From: a virus
Virus record (IMG/VR): IMGVR_UViG_3300047443_000115
Span: 27,589-91,588 of that record
Reading direction: 5' to 3' (one strand)
Length of the DNA: 64,000 nucleotides
Shown here: one piece after another, positions 54,753 through 64,000 of the stretch
Numbering within the stretch: position 1 is the stretch's first letter
Layout of the letters: each line of letters opens with the position of its first letter
Made by a program: the position numbers and the translations under genes
The notes under the pieces: model-generated
The model's input: the letters and a program-made list of their open reading frames with translations, nothing else
Databases searched by the model: none
What the model was told of the DNA's origin: nothing

Positions 54753-57205
54753 TCAGAGGTGGGCGGCGAGCGCGTCGCTGAGCCCGGTGACGAGCGCGGT
54801 GCGCATGTCGTCGGCCATGTCCGGGTCGAACGCGAAGTGGACGCGGGCGATGACCTTGTCTCCGGCGTTGACCTCGAACTGCCGCTCGTCGGGCTCCAGG
54901 CCGTCGGCGCCGAGGTTGACGGCCCATGCGGAGGTGTCGGCGGCGTCGCGGACGTACTGGTCGATGGCTTCGTGGGCGGTGAGGAAACCGGGGCCGTCGA
55001 GGCTGGCGCCCCACTGCTTGCCGCTGCTGGGGATGGCGGCGGTTTCCATTGATTCGCCGACGCCCATGAAGTCGTGGTCGCGGGTGAGGTCGTTGTGCTG
55101 GCGTGCGGCTTCGTGGCGGAGGTCGGCGTCGGTGTACGGGAGGTCGGGCACGGGGTTCCCTCTCTGGGATGCTGGTGGTGGGTGCCCCCGCTCGCTTCGA
55201 TCGAGCGGGGGTGCTGCACGTTCAGGCGGTGGCGGGTCGGGGTCCGCCGGAGACGGTGACCTTGCTGGCGCCGGCCGCGAACTGGAGCTTCATCGGCGGC
55301 GGACCCTCGGCCGGCTCGGATGCGGCGGCTGCGAACGGCGCGTCCCACAGGGCGCGGACGGCCATCGGGTCGCCGTACTCGGGCACGGGGATCGGGGTGA
55401 CGAGGGTGTCCTCGCCGGTGGTGTCGCGCTCCATGGGCGGGGCGGTGACGGCGGTGACATTGGCCTTGAACTGGCGGAGGGCGATGAGCTCTTCGTGCTC
55501 CGCGTCCCGCAGGCGCTCGGCTTCGGCGGCGCGCGCCTCGAACTCCATGCCCTCGGCGACGGCCGTGCCGAGTTCGCTGGCGGTCTGCCGCAGTTCGGCT
55601 TCCCGCCCTTCGATGTGCGCGTCGGTGTCCCGAAGCTGGCCATTCAGCGACTCGATGAGGTGTCCGGCTCCGGCGTGGCGGTGTGCGAGGTCGCGGAGTT
55701 CGGTGCGGAGGCGGGCGTTCTCGGCGGCGAGCCGCGGGTTGGGTTCGGCTTGCCGACGGCCAGTGCCGGGCTTCCTGATGGCGAGCATGGTCACTGCTCC
55801 TCCTGGATGAAGTAGCCGTTGGGGTCGATGTGCTGGAGGGGCAGGCCTCGGGCGGCGGCGAGTGCGATGCGGCAGTCGGCGAGGCTGGTCTCCTGGTCGG
55901 CGAGGTCCACGGGGTCGGCGCCGAGCGGGGTCGCGGTGAACGCGAGGCGGAGGCGGGCCGTCTGGAGGAGGGTCACGGCTGTTCCTTGCGGATCTGGCTG
56001 GGGATGCCGAGCGAGCGGCGGAGGTCGTAGTCGGCGAGCCCCTCGACGTAGCCCGCCGCCTGGCTGGCCCTGAAGTCGCGGTCGGCCTGCTGCGGGTCGA
56101 GAGCGGCGATACGGGCGCCCGGGGCCTTCGGGTCGTCGAGCCACGGGAGGGCGGTGCGCGCAGTGTCGGGCGCCATCCCGGCGGGGCCGGTGGGCTTGGC
56201 GCCGGTGATGACGTCCGGGCCGGGGGTCTGGCCGGCCCAGAGGGCGAAGAACATGCAGGCGGCGGCGAACAGGAGGATGGCCAGCGATGCGGCGGCCAGG
56301 GTGCTCACGCGGCACCGCCTGCGGTTTCGCAGCCGTTGCACTCGGCGCGCATCAGGTCGTCGGTCAGAGCCAGCACCGGGCCACCGTGAACGGTGGCGGG
56401 CAGGTACTCGCGGAACCGGGCGATGACGGCGGGGGCCTGGCTGTCCGCGCTGGTGGCGGCGTCGTGCAGCAGCTCGGCCACGGCCTTGCGGAGCGCGGCC
56501 AACTCGGCGGCGGGCTCCTCCGGGGCGCTGATGGCCAGGGTCGCGAAGACCTGCGCCTCGGCGATCCTGCGGTCCGCCATCGGGTTGTGACCCTCGAAGG
56601 TGGTCTCCGGACTAGCGTCGGCATCGACGAGCCGCTGCTCGGCCTTGAGGCGGTATTCGGCGGCGTTCATCAGCCCTCCTCGGGCGGGTTGGGGATGAGG
56701 CCGAGTGCGGCCATGAGTTCGAGGTCCGCCAGTGACAGCGGCTCAAGCTGCCGTCCGGCTAGGCCGAGCGCGTGGAGCAGCTCCGCGCCCACCGCGTTCC
56801 GCACCCTGGGCGGTGCGTCCGGGAGTTCCAGCAGGGTTTCCGCCAGAGCGGCGGTCGCGGAGGTCATGCCGCACCACTCAGGACCAGCGCCTCGCGGTGC
56901 TCCGCCAGCGCCACCCGGACCGCCGTGACACCCAGCGCGTAACCCAGGGCCTCCAGTTCGTCCCGCCGCCACACCTCCGCCTCGTACTGGTCGCGGGGCT
57001 CGACGTCGTGGTCGGCGAACTCGCGGAGTTCCTCCGCGCGCTCGTCGAGGGTCTCCATGTCCCGGCCCCACGCCGCATCCATGACGGCCTGCTGGTGGGC
57101 GTTCCGCAGCGCCGGGAAGCCGTCGGGGTCGAACTCGGCCACGCGGTGCAGGGCGTCGAACGCCGGGTCCGTGGTGGGGAGGGTCATCAGCCAGAAGGTG
57201 CTCAC
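54753..57205 (-). CDS. Run of small hypothetical early genes (54753-55151, 55222-55794, 55791-55976, 55973-56308, 56305-56670, 56670-56867, 56864-57205)
   Basis: Coupled ORFs. Confidence 0.6.
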
Positions 57206-58011
57206 GCCGCACCGCCCTCGACCGCGTCGGCGAGGACAGCGCCCGCCAGCTGGGCGTCGGCGAGTTCCAGCACCGGCTGAGGCGTGGCGAGTTTCCGCAG
57301 GCCGTAGCGGGTGACCTTGTCGTAGCGGCGGATGCCCCAGAGGATCGCGTGGCAGGCCCACAGGAATGACCGCTCGTAGTCGCGGAAGCCGAACTCCCAC
57401 GTCTCGCCGAAATCGAAGCCCTTGAAGTCGAAGGACTCCAGCAGGTCGCGGGCCTCGCGCTCGTCCGGCAGTTCCCTGTTGAGGATCTCCGCGCGGACCG
57501 CCTTGCCCAGCCCCCGGGGGGCGTCGCCACACTGGACTGCACTCACGAACAATTCGGTGACGATCTGCTTGAACAAGTCCTCGGAGTACTCCTTCGCGGA
57601 GTCCCGGTGGCCGTCGAGCTTCTGCACCCAGTAGTACGGGTTGATCCCCCACTGACGGTCGGCCCGGAAGAACGGGAGCATGTCCCGCTCGCGGGTGAAG
57701 GTGTAGGCGTCGCCGTAGTCCCCACGGATGGTGAGGCAGCCGGGCCAGGTGATCAGGTCGAACCAGTACTCGCCGTAGCCGCGCGGGTTGCTGGTGAACC
57801 GCAGATGCCGGTACAGATCGTCGTCGTGCAGGACCGTCATCGCATGCTTGGCGGTGTCGTCGGCGAACCGCTTGGCGATGCGCTGCTCACGGTCCTCGGC
57901 CGTGATGAACGACGCGGGCTTGGCGGGCGACGTGGCGGGGGCGAAGCTCCGCGGGCGGCCGATCAGCGCCGCGCCCTCGGCCGCTGTCAGCAGCGTGGTG
58001 TTCTCGGTCAT
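57202..58011 (-). CDS. Hypothetical phage protein, paralog 1
   Basis: LHDDDLYRHL...FDLITWPG...INPYYW. Confidence 0.75.
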   Translation of the reverse strand: MTENTTLLTAAEGAALIGRPRSFAPATSPAKPASFITAEDREQRIAKRFADDTAKHAMTVLHDDDLYRHLRFTSNPRGYGEYWFDLITWPGCLTIRGDYGDAYTFTRERDMLPFFRADRQWGINPYYWVQKLDGHRDSAKEYSEDLFKQIVTELFVSAVQCGDAPRGLGKAVRAEILNRELPDEREARDLLESFDFKGFDFGETWEFGFRDYERSFLWACHAILWGIRRYDKVTRYGLRKLATPQPVLELADAQLAGAVLADAVEGGAA

Positions 58012-58652
58012 GAGGCCACCGCCTCAGCCGACGCAGACGCGGCCTTCACGGCGTTGTACTGGTCGACGCCCCACGCGATGGCGTGGCAGGCGAAGAGGAA
58101 CTCCCACGAGTAGTCGATCAGCCGCCACTCGTCCGTGTAGCGGAAGGACCACGCCTCACCGAACTGCCCCTCGGGCAGGTACTCGAAGTCAGCCAGCGCT
58201 TCGCGGGCGGTCTCCTCGTACTCGGTGTTGTACTTGGCGTAGAAGCCTTCGACACTTTCCTGCCAGGCAGCGGTGACGCCGGGAAAGAACTCCTCGGCCG
58301 CCTTGAGCTCCTTGGCGACCCGCTCCTTGAACAACTCCTCGGAGTAGCCCTTGATGTCACCCCGACCGGCAGTGACCTTCTCCTGCCAGTAGCCGGGGTT
58401 GATGCCTTCACTGCCGGTCTCGCGGAACAGATCGAACATGTCCCGCGTCGGGTGGATGGCGAACGCGAAGCTGAAGCCGTCGCCGCGCAGCATCAGGTTG
58501 TGCGGCCACGTGATCAGGTCGAAGCGGTAGAAGCTGCCATTCGGGTCCGTGCACGCGAGGTGCCGGTACAGGCCTTCGTCGTGGAGGATCACCATCTCGT
58601 GGCCGGGTGTCTCGCGCTTGAACCTGGCGGCGGATTCCGGGTACTCGGTCAT
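58008..58652 (-). CDS. Hypothetical phage protein, paralog 2
   Basis: LHDEGLYRHL...FDLITWPH...INPGYW. Confidence 0.75.
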   Translation of the reverse strand: MTEYPESAARFKRETPGHEMVILHDEGLYRHLACTDPNGSFYRFDLITWPHNLMLRGDGFSFAFAIHPTRDMFDLFRETGSEGINPGYWQEKVTAGRGDIKGYSEELFKERVAKELKAAEEFFPGVTAAWQESVEGFYAKYNTEYEETAREALADFEYLPEGQFGEAWSFRYTDEWRLIDYSWEFLFACHAIAWGVDQYNAVKAASASAEAVAS

Positions 58653-59271
58653 GCGGTCACCTCTTCGGTCTTGGGGTGGGCGACGCCCGGCAGCGGGAAG
58701 GCGGTGTCCGCGTCCGCGTCGAGGAAGGCGTGGGCGGTCTCCGGGTGGTGGTTGGCCAGGAGGGCCACCCGGAGCGCCTCCAGCTCGGCGGCCAGGCGCG
58801 TCGGGCGGGTCCGAATCGGGTGCAGCACCGGGTATGCGCGGCGGCGCAGAGACTCAATGACGGTCACGACGCACCACCCATCGCGTGCCGCAGGTTGGCG
58901 ATCATCAGGCGGGCGACGTTCGGGGTATTCGGGTCGTCCTTCGCGGCGTCCTCGAACTCCTCGACCTCCTCGGTCACGCGGCGCTCGAACTCGCGCAGGC
59001 GGTCGACCTCGGCCAGCAGCTCCGGGACGGCCTCATGCGCGTCGGCCAGGAACACCGCCACCGGGTCCGCCCAGTCGGGGAACGTCGCGATGACCGTTTC
59101 CTCGGCGGTCGCGTCCGGCAGGAACACCTCGGACCGATCCCGGCTGTCATCCGTCGATGTGACGTTCCGGACTCGCCAGCCACCGGCCAGCCAGTCACCC
59201 AGCAACGTGCTGCGGATCTCCGCCAGACGCTCCGGCGACAGGGGGACGGGGGTGAGGTCGGGGGCGGTCAT
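58649..59271 (-). CDS. Two hypothetical genes (58649-58867; 58864-59271)
   Basis: Coupled ORFs. Confidence 0.6.
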
Positions 59272-60173
59272 GCGAGGTCACCCCCGGCGGTACCGGTGGG
59301 GAACTGCACGATGTGCGCGCCAGGGATCGCCGGCCGGTTCCGCGACGGCAGACCGTCACGCTCCAGAGCGGCCACCAGGTCCAACTCGGCCTCGCCCGGG
59401 ATGACCAGCGTCTGCTGACGGCGCACCCCGCCCTTGTCGAGCTTCGGCGCGAGGTAGAAGTAACGCTTCCCCTTCGCCGTGGGGTGCGCGTGCTCCGAGC
59501 CGTCCTTCCACTCCTGCTTCCGCTCGTCCCAGCGGGTGTTGCGCTGGTCGATCAGATAGTCCTTGCGGTACAGGTGCTCGAAGAACCCGCGCTCGCTGAC
59601 CTGCGGGAAGTGCTGCTTGTGGAACACCGTGGGCGTGATCCCCGGGTTCGCCCCGTACTGGTCGGCGACGCGGGCCTTCGGCGACAGCTTCTGGTTCGTC
59701 GCCACGAGCTCGGTGTTCTCGGCCCGCACGTCCTCCAACTCCCGGGCCTGACGGGCCGCGAGCTCCAGAGCGCCGGCGAAGGTTGACGGGACCATGAACT
59801 GCTGGGACTGCATGACCTCGGCCTCACGGGTGCGCACCGCGAAGTAGGTGAGGGCGGCGGCGATCTCGGGCTTGTGAGAGTCTCCGCGCATCGCCACGAG
59901 GTAGGCCCCGTATCGGGACAGCTCGTAGTCGTTGCCCGTGCGCCCCTTCTGACCTGCGTTTTTCCTGGTAGCAGGAAAATTGGCGTCGATGTTGATGCCA
60001 GCAAAGCGGGCGGCGGTCATGGCCTGGTCGATGACGCGGGCGAAGTTCTCCCACTTGCTGTAGCCCAGGAAGGGCTGCAACTCGCGGGCGATCCAGTACT
60101 CGGAGCCGTCCTCGCGGAGTCGGCGGATGGTGTCGAACGGGGACTGCCCGTCCGGTGCGATCATGGGGAGCAC
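59268..60173 (-). CDS. Phage antirepressor (BRO/DinD-like N terminus, KilAC-like C terminus)
   Basis: EYWIARELQPFLGYSKWENF...LSRYGAYLVAM.GD..K; PSTFAGALELAA...PKA. Confidence 0.85.
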   Translation of the reverse strand: MLPMIAPDGQSPFDTIRRLREDGSEYWIARELQPFLGYSKWENFARVIDQAMTAARFAGINIDANFPATRKNAGQKGRTGNDYELSRYGAYLVAMRGDSHKPEIAAALTYFAVRTREAEVMQSQQFMVPSTFAGALELAARQARELEDVRAENTELVATNQKLSPKARVADQYGANPGITPTVFHKQHFPQVSERGFFEHLYRKDYLIDQRNTRWDERKQEWKDGSEHAHPTAKGKRYFYLAPKLDKGGVRRQQTLVIPGEAELDLVAALERDGLPSRNRPAIPGAHIVQFPTGTAGGDLA

Positions 60174-60267
60174 GTAGCCCCCTCCTTTCGCTTCACGGTG
60201 GTTCGGGAGGTGTTGCGTAGGCCCCTGCTGCCGGAGGTGAGATTCCGGCGGTGGGGGCCGAAGCCGT

Positions 60268-60567
60268 CTAGCGGCCGGCGGAAACGGGCTGGCGGCGGGC
60301 GCGGCGCTGCTGGGTGGGGACCAGTGGCTCGGGCTCGGGCTCGACGGGCTTCGGCGCCGTGGCGGCTGCGTAGCGCTCGTCGAGGTAGGCGTCGATGTCG
60401 GCGATGCGGTAGGCCAGCTTTCGGCCGAACTCGACGCCTATCGGGCCGACGCCCCTCTGGCGCCACTTGTAGAGGGTGGTCTTGCCCTGGCCGAGGCGGT
60501 TGGCGGCCTCCTCAAGCCACACGTAGCCGGCCGGGGGCGGCGGCTGGACCTTGGGCGTGCGGGGCAT
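60268..60567 (-). CDS. Excisionase-like HTH protein
   Basis: EEAANRLG...TLYKWRQRGVGP...LAYRIADIDAYL. Confidence 0.75.
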   Translation of the reverse strand: MPRTPKVQPPPPAGYVWLEEAANRLGQGKTTLYKWRQRGVGPIGVEFGRKLAYRIADIDAYLDERYAAATAPKPVEPEPEPLVPTQQRRARRQPVSAGR

Positions 60568-60572
60568 TTTGG

Positions 60573-60857
60573 TTACTCCTTGTCGGTGGGGGGTTGTCGT
60601 GTGGACGGATCGTCCCGTTCTGGAGACGACGGGGGCGCGAAAAGAGGGTTGATAGTGACCCCGAGCGTCTCCACGATGGCGATTACTTCGTCCACGTCAG
60701 CGGTTTTCTGTCGTCCACTGAGGAGTCCGCCGATGAGGCCGGGCTTGCAGCCGCTCGCTTCAGCCAGGGTTCGGACGGAGTAGGGGGCTCCCCTTCCGGG
60801 GTGGTCCATGACCCACCTGAGGATCTTTCGATCACGTAGGGCGTAGCGGCGGCTCAA
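60573..60857 (-). CDS. Cro-like XRE regulator
   Basis: SVRTLAEASGCKPGLIGGLLSG...LGV...LF; TTG start with GGAG RBS. Confidence 0.75.
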   Translation of the reverse strand: MSRRYALRDRKILRWVMDHPGRGAPYSVRTLAEASGCKPGLIGGLLSGRQKTADVDEVIAIVETLGVTINPLFAPPSSPERDDPSTRQPPTDKE

Positions 60858-60908
60858 TTGATCTCCAGTGATACAGAGTGCCTTTGACTGAGACCAGTTA
60901 AGCATGTC

Positions 60909-61001
60909 GTGGACGAATCGTCCACAGAACAGGACGGCCGAATCCTGAGTTTCGGCACGCTTCTCGGGTGGATAGCATGGATCTGTAGACGATCCGTCTA
61001 C
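60909..61001. promoter_or_regulatory. Immunity operators
   Basis: GTGGACG-aat-CGTCCAC (60909) and GTAGACG-atc-CGTCTAC (60985); partial copy at 60601. Confidence 0.75.
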
Positions 61002-61099
61002 GATCCAGGATGGTTGTACGGCCTGACGTGGGACTTTCCAGGATCTTGCGGGCATCGATAGAGACAGTCGGTATTGATGTGAACCGAGAGGAAGAGGAC

Positions 61100-61525
61100 A
61101 TGACGGCTCCGGCCCCCACCCCGGACCTCGCCGCGACCGAACCCTCCCCCGTGGGCGCACTGTCCGCGCTCATCCAAGCGGCGAACGACGCCGGGCTCTC
61201 CTATCAGCGCATGGCCGACCAGGCGATCGACCCGGAGACCCGCACGCAGGTGTCCAAGCAGTACCTGCAGAAGCTCGTCAAGACTCCCCCCTTCAATCCC
61301 CCGACCGCCCCGCAACTCAATGCGATCGCCGCCGCACTCCGCACGTCGGAGCGCCGAGTGAAGGCGGCTGCCGCCGCCCAGTGGCTGGAGTACGAGGCCA
61401 CGGAACTCGCGGGCTACGGAGAAGAAGTGCGCATCATCGTCGCCCATCTCGCCGGGAAGCCGCCGGCCGAGGTGCGCCGCTGGCGGAGGATGATCGAGGC
61501 GTCCGAACAGGACGACGACGAGTAG
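61100..61525 (+). CDS. Immunity repressor (XRE-like)
   Basis: GLSYQRMA...VSKQYLQKL...L.AIAAAL; divergent from cro, upstream of int. Confidence 0.75.
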   Translation: MTAPAPTPDLAATEPSPVGALSALIQAANDAGLSYQRMADQAIDPETRTQVSKQYLQKLVKTPPFNPPTAPQLNAIAAALRTSERRVKAAAAAQWLEYEATELAGYGEEVRIIVAHLAGKPPAEVRRWRRMIEASEQDDDE

Positions 61526-61708
61526 ACCGCTCCTGACATCAAGTGCACCTCGCGTGACGTGTTCTGACGCACTATCATCAGATTCCCCCAAATGGCCGGT
61601 TGTGACCCGGATGGGTGAGGAGTAAATTCCGCCATCACGCGCCGCGCACAAAACGTTCACCTGAGTGATCGTTCCTGCGGTGACTGGTTCATGCACAGGG
61701 GGCAACAC

Positions 61709-62287
61709 ATGCTTGAAGGTCTCTTCCAGTTGGCCGACCTCGACAGCGAGGAGCCCGTGCGTATGAGTGAGCGCCGAGGCAACATCACTGTCGATCTCGC
61801 CCGGACGCTCTACACCGCAAAGGGCAGGGACGGGCTGAACGGCGCCGTCAAGGAAATGCTGGAGAGCGGCAAGTGGTACCAGCTCTGGCGCGGCGAGATC
61901 GTCTCGATGCAGTCGTCCACGACGCCACGGCCTGCCAGCGCCCCCGAACTAGTTGCCGCGCAGGAGGGTCCCCGCGAGTTGCCCAAGGGCGAACCAAAGA
62001 TCATAGTGCGGTACGTCCTCGACGAACTCCTCGACGACGGAGAGGTCCGACTCGGGCAGGACCGCGGCCTCGTCGTCTTCTCACTGTCTCCGACCTGCTT
62101 CACGCCCGAGGGCCTGGCATGTGACGCTGTCGGTGCCCTCACGGCAGCCGCGCAGGGAATAGTGGAAGGCGGGCAGTGGATCCAGGTCTGGGACGGCGAA
62201 ATCATCACCATGTACGACGGCGAAGATGGGGGCGGCACGGATGGCCGGATACATCGAGGACCGCTGGTACCGGAAGGGTCCGCCTGA
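61709..62287 (+). CDS. Hypothetical protein with internal duplication
   Basis: ESGKWYQLWRGEIVSM and EGGQWIQVWDGEIITM. Confidence 0.65.
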   Translation: MLEGLFQLADLDSEEPVRMSERRGNITVDLARTLYTAKGRDGLNGAVKEMLESGKWYQLWRGEIVSMQSSTTPRPASAPELVAAQEGPRELPKGEPKIIVRYVLDELLDDGEVRLGQDRGLVVFSLSPTCFTPEGLACDAVGALTAAAQGIVEGGQWIQVWDGEIITMYDGEDGGGTDGRIHRGPLVPEGSA

Positions 62288-63536
62288 CCCCGAAACCGGT
62301 AAGCCCACCCGCGAAGAGACCGACCTGCACGGCGTAGGAATGCGGTACAAGGTCGCAGGCATCCCGGGCGTCCGTGCGCGGTCCTTCCCCGAGAAGCGGC
62401 TCAAGGACGCTCGGGCATGGCTTGCTGACGCACAGAGCAAGAGCCGCGCGGGAGAGTTCATCGATCCGCGCCGCGGGCAGATCCTGCTGGTCGACTACAT
62501 CGAGCAGCACTGGTGGCCGACGATGACCGGCGACCCGGCAACGCTGGAGACCATCGCGAACCGGGTTTGGGGTCACATCGTTCCGCGCCTGGGCCAGTTG
62601 TCGCTGAATGCCATCAAGGTGGAGCAGCTACGGCGGTGGCTCAAGGATGTTGAGGCGGACATCGGCCCGAGCACCATCAACGCCGTGTGGGGCTACCTGT
62701 CGGTGATCCTCACCGCCGCAGTTGAGGGCGAGCGCATTCCGCGCAACTACTGCAAGTCCTCCAGCGTGAAGCCACCTGCGGTGCCTGAGCGCAAGGCCCG
62801 CGCCTGGACCAGGGAGCGTGTGTTCGCGGTACGGGAGGCCATCGACCCGCGGTACCGCCTCATGGTCGACCTCGGAGTCGGCGCCGGCCTGCGCCAGGGG
62901 GAGATGCTCGGCCTGTCCGTCGATGACATCGACACCCACGCGGGTGTGATCCGTATCCGGCGCCAGGTCCGCAAGGTGGACAACAAGCTGGTCTTCGCTC
63001 CACCCAAGCGCGGCAAGAGCCGTGTTGTGCCCTTGTCGCAGCACCTTCACGCCCTTATCAGCGCGCACATGGAGGCGCGTCCGCCCAAGAAAGTGGAGTT
63101 GCCCTGGATCAACTCGGCGGACCCTGAGACGGACAAGCAGATCAAGGACTGGGCGCCGCAGACGCACGAGCTGATCCTCACCAGCCCGTGGGGGAAGGCG
63201 ATCCGGCGGGACAGCTGGAACCGGCTGGTGTGGAAGGAGGCATTGGTCGGGGCCGGCGTCATACCGCCGCCCATGACGCGCAAACAGCCCGTCAGGGGCA
63301 CGAACAAGTTCCGGACGGTGAAGAGTTATGCGGAGAGCCGCCAGGACGGTCTGCATGCCACCCGGCACACGTTCGTGAGCCAGCTGCTGGGCGCCGGGAC
63401 GTCGATCGTGGCAGTATCGAACTACGTGGGCCACAAGGATCCGTCGATCACGCTCCGGATCTACGCGCACATGATGCCCGAGTCGGATGAGCGCGGGCGG
63501 GCCGCGATTGATGCCTGGTTCGAAGGCGAATCCTAA
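62241..63536 (+). CDS. int: Tyrosine integrase
   Basis: GLRQGE, K, HATRH, GH, IYAH catalytic residues. Confidence 0.95.
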   Translation: MAGYIEDRWYRKGPPDPETGKPTREETDLHGVGMRYKVAGIPGVRARSFPEKRLKDARAWLADAQSKSRAGEFIDPRRGQILLVDYIEQHWWPTMTGDPATLETIANRVWGHIVPRLGQLSLNAIKVEQLRRWLKDVEADIGPSTINAVWGYLSVILTAAVEGERIPRNYCKSSSVKPPAVPERKARAWTRERVFAVREAIDPRYRLMVDLGVGAGLRQGEMLGLSVDDIDTHAGVIRIRRQVRKVDNKLVFAPPKRGKSRVVPLSQHLHALISAHMEARPPKKVELPWINSADPETDKQIKDWAPQTHELILTSPWGKAIRRDSWNRLVWKEALVGAGVIPPPMTRKQPVRGTNKFRTVKSYAESRQDGLHATRHTFVSQLLGAGTSIVAVSNYVGHKDPSITLRIYAHMMPESDERGRAAIDAWFEGES

Positions 63537-63580
63537 AAGATCTCCCCATCCGCTCCCTGGCTGTAATGGATCAAGCAAAT

Positions 63581-63613
63581 CGGGCCCCTTCCCGGCACTC
63601 CGGGAGGGGCCCG
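63581..63613. terminator. Terminator hairpin after int and after the opposite-strand gene fragment
   Basis: CGGGCCCCT-TCCCGG-cact-CCGGGA-GGGGCCCG. Confidence 0.7.
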
Positions 63614-63621
63614 CATCATGT

Positions 63622-63771
63622 TCAGCGAATGCCCAGCGAGGCCAGTACGCGGCTCTGACCTGGGCTTGGATGGGTCGGCCAGTACAGGTAGCAGACCCCG
63701 CCGGTGCCGCTGCGGATCTGGCCGGCGGCGTTGTAGCGCCTGGTCCTGAGCCAGATGGTCTCGAACTGGAT
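63622..63771 (-). pseudogene. Start-less 3' gene fragment, probable replacement end of the integration-target gene
   Basis: High-GC3 frame IQFETIWLRTRRYNAAGQIRSGTGGVCYLYWP...*, closed upstream by TGA, followed by a terminator. Confidence 0.5.
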
Positions 63772-64000
63772 TCATTGGATCCCGCATCAGGGGTGATATT
63801 CCGTCGCAGCCGCCTCAACCGTCTGACCTGCTAAGACTGACTGAGACTGAGTGAGATTGAATCGGCGCGAGTGAGCTATTTCCTGCCCCCCATCCGCTCC
63901 CCGGCGATGCGCCACTCCCCCACCACTCCCTGGAAACCGGCCACTAACTGGCTTCTGAGCAGCCATCGAGCAGTGCCGGGGCGCCGCCCCCCGGAATCCA

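Larger units (their letters stand above)
63544..63933. other. attP-like region
   Basis: CCCCATCCGCTCCC at 63544 and 63888, variant at 63914; ACTGAG-like repeats at 63833-63860. Confidence 0.6.
1..64000. mobile_element. Temperate actinophage genome or prophage (partial; head/tail genes continue beyond the left edge)
   Basis: Portal, terminase, integrase, repressor/cro, replication and recombination genes in phage order, with dense overlapping stop/start junctions throughout. Confidence 0.95.

Noticed and set aside
41083-55815. Long plus-strand ORFs (e.g. 41083-42846, 53887-55815; also 30629-32233)
   Set aside because: Antisense shadows of motif-bearing minus-strand genes
63740-63800. tRNA-derived att core
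   Set aside because: A GTTCGA-like word is present on the minus strand, but there is no T-stem or acceptor pairing; a protein-coding frame fits better
1-64000. CRISPR, TIGR-like or other guide arrays; tRNA/rRNA genes; reverse transcriptase
   Set aside because: By eye I found no repeat-spacer periodicity, cloverleaf or RT motifs; intergenic gaps are short. A computational scan was not possible

Overview
The whole 64 kb looks like one high-GC temperate actinophage, most likely of Streptomyces (host inferred from GC and gene content). Most genes are on the minus strand. From right to left: tyrosine integrase with an apparently unsplit attP (63.5-63.9 kb); immunity switch (repressor, cro, xis, antirepressor); a long early operon (RecE-like exonuclease plus annealing protein, WhiB, three DNA methyltransferases, an HNH, a replication initiator containing its origin, a TnpB cassette, a hyaluronan-synthase-like GT2); an RNA-ligase operon; a ~14 kb plasmid/AICE-type transfer module (GntR-UTRA repressor, KilB, SpdB-like protein, FtsK-like TraB, HicAB); late control region; tailspike-like gene; HNHs; terminase; portal; and a head gene running off the left edge. 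The best candidate for an undescribed system is a phage carrying its own regulated conjugation module with no separate rep or int, i.e. a possibly conjugative prophage. Other strong leads are the phage-encoded HasA/NodC-like synthase and a transposase-free TnpB+HTH cassette whose empty site, TAM (TCAAC) and guide can be reconstructed from the sequence. All family calls come from motif recognition by eye; no database searches were run. I saw no CRISPR array, tRNA or rRNA.
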